Positions 59,420 to 64,000 of a DNA stretch of 64,000 nucleotides are shown in pieces; the first letter of the stretch is position 1, and every line of letters begins with the position of its first letter. Origin of the DNA: an uncultured Acidimicrobiaceae bacterium (GTDB lineage Bacteria > Actinomycetota > Acidimicrobiia > Acidimicrobiales > Bog-793); assembly GCA_963703655.1 (NCBI GenBank), contig CAVPFA010000003.1, forward strand, positions 912,972 through 976,971, in the 5' to 3' direction. The notes beneath the pieces are model-generated. The model saw only the letters and a program-made list of their open reading frames with translations. It was not told where the DNA came from and made no database searches. Both the position numbers and the translations under genes were made by a program.

Positions 59420-59896
59420 TTAGGAAGTCTCTTCGGTGTCGGAGGAGTAGCTGCCCGTGGGGATCCCCCCGCTCGACTGGGGGATGCCGCCACCTCCTGT
59501 CACGACGGTCGGTGCCGGGGTCGACGGCTGCGCAGGGGTGTCGCCGGCGGCGCTCGACGCAGGAACGAACGAGCCGTCGGGCGCGGCCGGCGCGATCAAG
59601 GTCGCAGAGGTCACGGTGACCGGCCCGTGTTCGGCCTCGAACTGGCGAAGCTGCTCGATGAGCTCCGAAGCCTTCGCGTCGGCGTCAGCGGGAGCGCGAC
59701 CCACCTTCTGGGTGTAGACGATGCCTCCGAGCTCGAGCATGAGGGAGTCTGCGTGCTTTTTCGCCTGCATGTCCGAGAGCTTGGCCTGGCCGGCCTTGGC
59801 TCCCTCCTGTGCCTTCTCGGCCAGCACCGTCGCTTGCGCTTTGACCTTGTCCATGAATCCCACGGCACTGCCTCCGATGACCTCGTGGCCGCTCAC
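59420..59896 (-). CDS. Hypothetical protein (158 aa, Ala/Lys-rich N-terminal helix, Pro/Gly-rich tail)
   Basis: ORF with host-like codon usage. No identifiable domain. Confidence 0.4.
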   Translation of the reverse strand: MSGHEVIGGSAVGFMDKVKAQATVLAEKAQEGAKAGQAKLSDMQAKKHADSLMLELGGIVYTQKVGRAPADADAKASELIEQLRQFEAEHGPVTVTSATLIAPAAPDGSFVPASSAAGDTPAQPSTPAPTVVTGGGGIPQSSGGIPTGSYSSDTEETS

Positions 59897-59975
59897 GGCC
59901 TGACCGACCTTTGCTACGCGACGCTACCCCCCCGGGATCCTCGCCACCGCGGGCGGTCGGCCGATCGGTCACGAT

Positions 59976-60548
59976 GTGGAGGTGGAGCAAGTCGAGCAAT
60001 GTGAGGAATGCGGTTTCGAGTACGACGCGCTCGGTCCCGCCGCCGTGGCGAGCGCCCTACGGTCGCTGGGAAACCGTTTCGCGATGAGGGTCTCGAACGG
60101 GCGAGGCGACGCGACGCTCGGGCTGAGTTTCCGCACCCGACCCCGTCCGAGGGTGTGGTCGGCCCTCGAGTACGCATGCCACGTGCGGGACGTGTTCCTC
60201 GTCCAGCGCGAGCGCCTGTACCTCGCCCTTGTCGAGGAGTGCCCGAGCTTTGCGAGGATGTACCGCGACGAGCGCGTCGTCCTTGCCCGCTACGCCGCCG
60301 AAGAGCCAGACGACGTCGCCCGCGAGCTCAAGCTGGCGGCCGAGATGCTCGCCTGGGCGTTCGAGGGCATCGACGAGACGCAGTGGCAACGCCGCCTCAC
60401 CTACAACTTTCCCGATCCCCGCGAGCGTACGGTGCTCTGGCTCGGAAGGCACTCGGTCCATGAGGGCGAACACCACCTGAGGGACCTCGACGCCGCGCTT
60501 CGGTCCGCTACGGCTGCGTCAGACCCCCGTTCGCAGCTTGCACCCTGA
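59976..60548 (+). CDS. DinB/YfiT-like (mycothiol-dependent maleylpyruvate isomerase N-terminal-like) metal-binding domain protein
   Basis: N-terminal CEECGFEY, conserved His residues (ACHVRDV, HSVHEGEHH). Confidence 0.45.
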   Translation: MEVEQVEQCEECGFEYDALGPAAVASALRSLGNRFAMRVSNGRGDATLGLSFRTRPRPRVWSALEYACHVRDVFLVQRERLYLALVEECPSFARMYRDERVVLARYAAEEPDDVARELKLAAEMLAWAFEGIDETQWQRRLTYNFPDPRERTVLWLGRHSVHEGEHHLRDLDAALRSATAASDPRSQLAP

Positions 60549-60592
60549 GATCATCTGCAGGGAACCCTGGCCGGCCCCGGCGAAGATCCCCG

Positions 60593-61765
60593 TCAGGCGC
60601 CGAGTCCGCGGGCGAAGTCCCGCGGGATCAGCAGGTCTTCTGCGGACAGGTCGTGGATCGAGTTGCGCCCAAGCCCGAGCAGCGCCGAGTCGATCCCGCC
60701 TCGCAGGACGTCAAGGACGTTCTCGACTCCTGCTTGGCCGTTGGCGGCAAGACCCCAAAGGTAGGCGCGCCCGATCATCACCGCTCTCGCCCCAAGTGCG
60801 ACGGCCTTTACAACGTCGCTGCCGCGCCGTATCCCCCCGTCGAGAAGAACCTCGATCTCGTCGCCGACGGCGCCGGCGATCCCCGGCAGGGCTCGGATTG
60901 CGCCGGGCGTGCCGTCGAGATCGTTGCCGCCGTGATTGGAGACCGAGATGGCGGTGAATCCGGCATCGACAGCCCGCCTGGCGTCGTCGACCCGCATCAC
61001 TCCTTTCAGCATGAACGGGCCACCCCACTCGTCCCGCATCCATGACACTTCGTCCCAGCTCGGCCACGACGTCTGCTCCCACTTGCGGTACGCCTCGAAG
61101 AACGTCGGCGCCCGTTCGCCGCGTACGGCCATGTTTGGCACGGTCAAGTCCGGGAGGTGCCCGCTCCGTGCGTAGTCCAGAAGCCACCTCGGGCGCCGGA
61201 GAACCTGGGGCGCGAACCGCATCGCTGTCTTCACGTCGATGCGCTCAGGGATGACTGGGCTGCCCCAGTCCCGCCCGTGGGAGAAGGCCCAGTCAAGGGT
61301 CGCGATCAGGCCGACCGCCCCGGCGGCGCGGGCGCGCTCGATGCGCTCTTTCATCTCGTCGCGGGTTCCGGCCCAGTACATCTGGAAAAGCGTCTGCGGG
61401 TTGGCCGCGACGACGTCCTCGATCGTCTTGCTGGCGAAGCTGCTGAGTCCCATCAGGGTTCCCCTGGTGGCCGCGGCACGCGCCACAGCAACTTCGCCGT
61501 CGGGATGTACCGCCTGCACTCCGGTCGGTGAGATCACCACCGGAAGCGAGATCGCCTGACCCATCACCGTCGTCGACTGGTCTCGCTTGGCCGTCTGGCG
61601 GACCACGGGCGGGGCGAAGCCGAGCTCGGAAAACGCTGCAAGGTTGTCGTCGATCGTGAGCCCCTTTTCCGAGCCTGCGATGAGCGCTCCATAGACCGAC
61701 TCCGGGAGCCGCCGCTTGGCGCGCCGCTGCGCCTCTGCCACAGACTCGAACCATGCGTTGGCCAT
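60593..61765 (-). CDS. lldD: FMN-dependent alpha-hydroxy-acid dehydrogenase (L-lactate dehydrogenase / glycolate oxidase family)
   Basis: TIM-barrel FMN motifs ISVSNHGGNDLDG, LLDGGIRRGSDVVKAVALGA. Confidence 0.9.
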   Translation of the reverse strand: MANAWFESVAEAQRRAKRRLPESVYGALIAGSEKGLTIDDNLAAFSELGFAPPVVRQTAKRDQSTTVMGQAISLPVVISPTGVQAVHPDGEVAVARAAATRGTLMGLSSFASKTIEDVVAANPQTLFQMYWAGTRDEMKERIERARAAGAVGLIATLDWAFSHGRDWGSPVIPERIDVKTAMRFAPQVLRRPRWLLDYARSGHLPDLTVPNMAVRGERAPTFFEAYRKWEQTSWPSWDEVSWMRDEWGGPFMLKGVMRVDDARRAVDAGFTAISVSNHGGNDLDGTPGAIRALPGIAGAVGDEIEVLLDGGIRRGSDVVKAVALGARAVMIGRAYLWGLAANGQAGVENVLDVLRGGIDSALLGLGRNSIHDLSAEDLLIPRDFARGLGA

Positions 61766-61974
61766 CTAGGTTCCTTTCGCTCGGGAGCTAGCCGGCGCGC
61801 GGTGCGGGTCGTCCCAGGCAGCCTTCCACGGTAGGCGTTCCCCAGCGTTCGCAGCACCGATTCGGGGTCGAGCTACCTGCCGGAAGAATCTGGATTTGTC
61901 GTCATAAGCATCTGTGACCTCACTCCGCTAGAAAGCGGGCCCGCGCCTCGGTGCGGCCAAGAGACTCCGGGGAC

Positions 61975-63225
61975 TCAGTGGTTCGCCGCCACCCAGGCTC
62001 GTTCCTCGCCGGCCACGTCGCGGACGAGGTTGCCGATCGCGAGGCTGATGTCGTCCAGGTGGTATCCCCATCTGGGGCCGAGGGTCTCCTTTACCACCGG
62101 CCGCTTGTCGCCCGTAGCGGCGATGTCGGTCACCTGCAGCCAAGTGGCGCCGTCATGACTCCTGCAGGCGGCCGAGTAGAGGTTGGGATAGGTGACCCAC
62201 GGTGTGCTGACTGGCGGCGTGAGGCCCTCTTGGGTCAGCGAAACGAAGTAAGGACTGAGATCACCCGTGCCGCCGCCAAGAGCGGCTGGGTCGACGCACG
62301 CCACCTGCTGGCCCGTCTTCGCCGTTTGGCCGGACTGCAGGCTCACCCCCTGACCGGGGCGACCGAAGAGTGAGCTCGCCGGCGGCGTTGACGGGAAGCT
62401 GGAGTAGGCGATGGCGCAGCCAGTCTGCGAGGCATTGGTGCAGAGCGGGACGTGGGCGAATGTGGCGCCAACTGTCTTGCCCTGGGGCACCTGCAGGTTT
62501 CCGCCCACGATGATCGCCACCACCATTCGACGTCGCAGGGACGCGTTGCCATCGATCTGAGTGGCGATGAGGTGGATGAGGACAGCCGCGCCCTGCGAGT
62601 GGCCGATCAAGATGATGGGCCGGCCGTGATCGTCGTGGGCCAAGAAGTCCTTCCAAGCCGACAGGAGGCTGTCGTAGGCGACGGTGAAGGTTTTCCGCAG
62701 AGTCGCCTCGGCACCGGCCCCGTTGCCCAACCCCTTCGTTATGCTCGCTTCCGTCGCCTGGCGGTACATCGGCGCCCACACCGCGCACACCCGGGAGAAC
62801 TGGGACACCTGCCCGATGGCGGCGTCGATCTCCGGTACTTTCACGCTGAGGTCGGAGTTCGCCGTCTTCTCGTTGCTGACGGTGGGATACACGTAGAAAC
62901 AGTCGAAGGTCGATCCACCCGACGGCGCGTGCACCGACGCGAGGCCGGCTGCCGCTCGTGCGTTGCTCGCCAGGACCGCCGTCGCCTGCGGGGTGAAGGT
63001 GCAGGGGTCGCCCGGCAAGCCGGGCTTGCACAGCCATACCGTCCCTGTCGTTGAGCTGTCCTTCATCGCCGACACCAGGCCGCTGTGATGAAAGGCCGCC
63101 ACTTCCATAGAGCCGGGCACCGAAACGCCCGTGAGTGCCGTAGCCAGCGCAACTGCGCCGGTTAGTCCGATCCAGTAGGTGCGGGCGCGTCGTGGAAGTC
63201 TGCGAGATAGGCAACTAGGTTGCAT
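61975..63225 (-). CDS. Secreted alpha/beta-hydrolase (lipase/esterase-like, DUF3089-type)
   Basis: Start at internal ATG (MQPSCLSRRLPRRARTYWIGLTGAVALATALTG signal peptide). GHSQGA nucleophile elbow. Confidence 0.65.
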   Translation of the reverse strand: MQPSCLSRRLPRRARTYWIGLTGAVALATALTGVSVPGSMEVAAFHHSGLVSAMKDSSTTGTVWLCKPGLPGDPCTFTPQATAVLASNARAAAGLASVHAPSGGSTFDCFYVYPTVSNEKTANSDLSVKVPEIDAAIGQVSQFSRVCAVWAPMYRQATEASITKGLGNGAGAEATLRKTFTVAYDSLLSAWKDFLAHDDHGRPIILIGHSQGAAVLIHLIATQIDGNASLRRRMVVAIIVGGNLQVPQGKTVGATFAHVPLCTNASQTGCAIAYSSFPSTPPASSLFGRPGQGVSLQSGQTAKTGQQVACVDPAALGGGTGDLSPYFVSLTQEGLTPPVSTPWVTYPNLYSAACRSHDGATWLQVTDIAATGDKRPVVKETLGPRWGYHLDDISLAIGNLVRDVAGEERAWVAANH

Positions 63226-63759
63226 AAGAGTAGAGTTTGGCGTGTCGTGCTCCCGAATGCAACCCCCTCTTACAGGTTCGGCGATCTGCTCGCCCTCGCC
63301 CGCCGGAGCTGGGTCGAACAGGTACGCGCCAGCATGACAACCGCCGGTTTCCTCGGCTATCGCCAGACCGACGCGCTGGTCCTGCGCCTGCTCGTCCTGC
63401 ATCCGTGGCCCATCGGTGGGCTCGGCGACGTGCTGCACGTCACTCGCCAGGCCGCCCGCAAACTGGCCGATGGAATGGTCGAACGCGGCTACGCCGAGCT
63501 CAAGACCGACCCTGAGGATGCCCGACGGACCATGGTGCACCTCACCCGTGCCGGCACTAGCTACGCAAGGGCGGTCGCCACCGCACAGGACGCACTCAAC
63601 GACCAGATTCGCGGCCGGGTAACCAAGGCCGAGTTGGCGGTCGCCGACAGGGTTCTCCGGATGGTCTTCCCCGACGACGAGGCGCGCCGGAGGATCGATG
63701 GGATCGTGTCGCCGCCGGCGGGCGCGGGAACACCCCAGGGCGTCAGGAATCAGTTCTGA
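63220..63759 (+). CDS. MarR-family transcriptional regulator (true start probably a few codons downstream of 63220)
   Basis: wHTH region LRLLVLHPWPIGGLGDVLHVTRQAARKLADGMVERGY. Divergent from the hydrolase gene, with inverted repeat GGTTGCAT...ATGCAACC in the shared intergenic region. Confidence 0.75.
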   Translation: MHKSRVWRVVLPNATPSYRFGDLLALARRSWVEQVRASMTTAGFLGYRQTDALVLRLLVLHPWPIGGLGDVLHVTRQAARKLADGMVERGYAELKTDPEDARRTMVHLTRAGTSYARAVATAQDALNDQIRGRVTKAELAVADRVLRMVFPDDEARRRIDGIVSPPAGAGTPQGVRNQF

Positions 63760-63775
63760 GAGGGCATGCGGGTCA

Positions 63776-64000
63776 GTGGGCGACTGGGATGCGAAGGTAG
63801 TCAGCCAGCCACGGCGCGGTCACGCTGCCCGGGGAACGGGCGACCTCCTCGGGGGTGCCTGCCGCGAGGATGCGCCCGCCCTCGGGGCCGCCACCGGGGC
63901 CCATATCGATGACGTGGTCGGCGGCGGCGAGCAGGTCCAGGTCGTGGTCGATGACGATCAGGGTGGCCCCGGCCTCAATCAGCCGGTCGAAGACACCGAC
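63776..64000 (-). CDS. uvrA: UvrA-like ABC ATPase, C-terminal fragment (gene continues beyond window end)
   Basis: My translation of the reverse strand: ...ATLIVIDHDLDLLAAADHVIDMGPGGGPEGGRILAAGTPEEVARSPGSVTAPWLADYL*. Matches the UvrA C-terminal ABC signature region. Confidence 0.65.

Overview
High-GC (~68-70%) actinobacterial chromosomal segment whose gene content resembles Mycobacteriales. Core genes, start to end: a frameshifted DinG-family helicase, an orphan Dam-class (D12) DNA adenine methyltransferase, hutH, cysH, uppS, recO, a DUF559 protein, then a glyQS-ppdK-dnaG-sigA(rpoD) block. A tRNA-Asn/tRNA-Met pair is followed by a ~6 kb lower-GC island (about 19.2-25.3 kb). All island genes are on the minus strand: an AEP primase-polymerase fused to an SF2 DEAH helicase, an overlapping AbiEi/AbiEii pair, a ribbon-helix-helix + vWA two-gene module, and an AT-rich fragment of an ABC substrate-binding-protein gene. 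No integrase is visible. The remaining core genes are an SDR, a GAF-ANTAR regulator, an MDR dehydrogenase, MFS, Usp, an NfeD-like/flotillin pair convergent with MmpL, and a large adenylate-cyclase/AAA/TPR gene broken by two single-nucleotide frameshifts. The SOS mutasome is split: dnaE2 at 39-42.5 kb and imuA'-imuB at 48-50.5 kb, each preceded by an identical perfect LexA/Cheo-type box ACGAACATATGTTCGT. Between them sit an OmpR-family two-component system, marR-snoaL and an HtrA protease. After the mutasome come ABC-F, two GNATs, an S51 peptidase, an M48 peptidase, sigK/rskA-like ECF sigma and anti-sigma, thiolase, lldD, a secreted alpha/beta hydrolase, a MarR regulator and a uvrA-like 3' fragment. 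A recurring, unusual trait is short tandem direct repeats (MIRU-like minisatellites) at gene 3' ends and junctions that duplicate stop codons, and once the dnaG stop together with the sigA start. No CRISPR array, rRNA or recognisable riboswitch was found. My sequence-line transcription was unreliable by about 1 nt in places, so coordinates for motifs, repeats and tRNAs are ±1-2 nt; gene coordinates follow the supplied ORF track.
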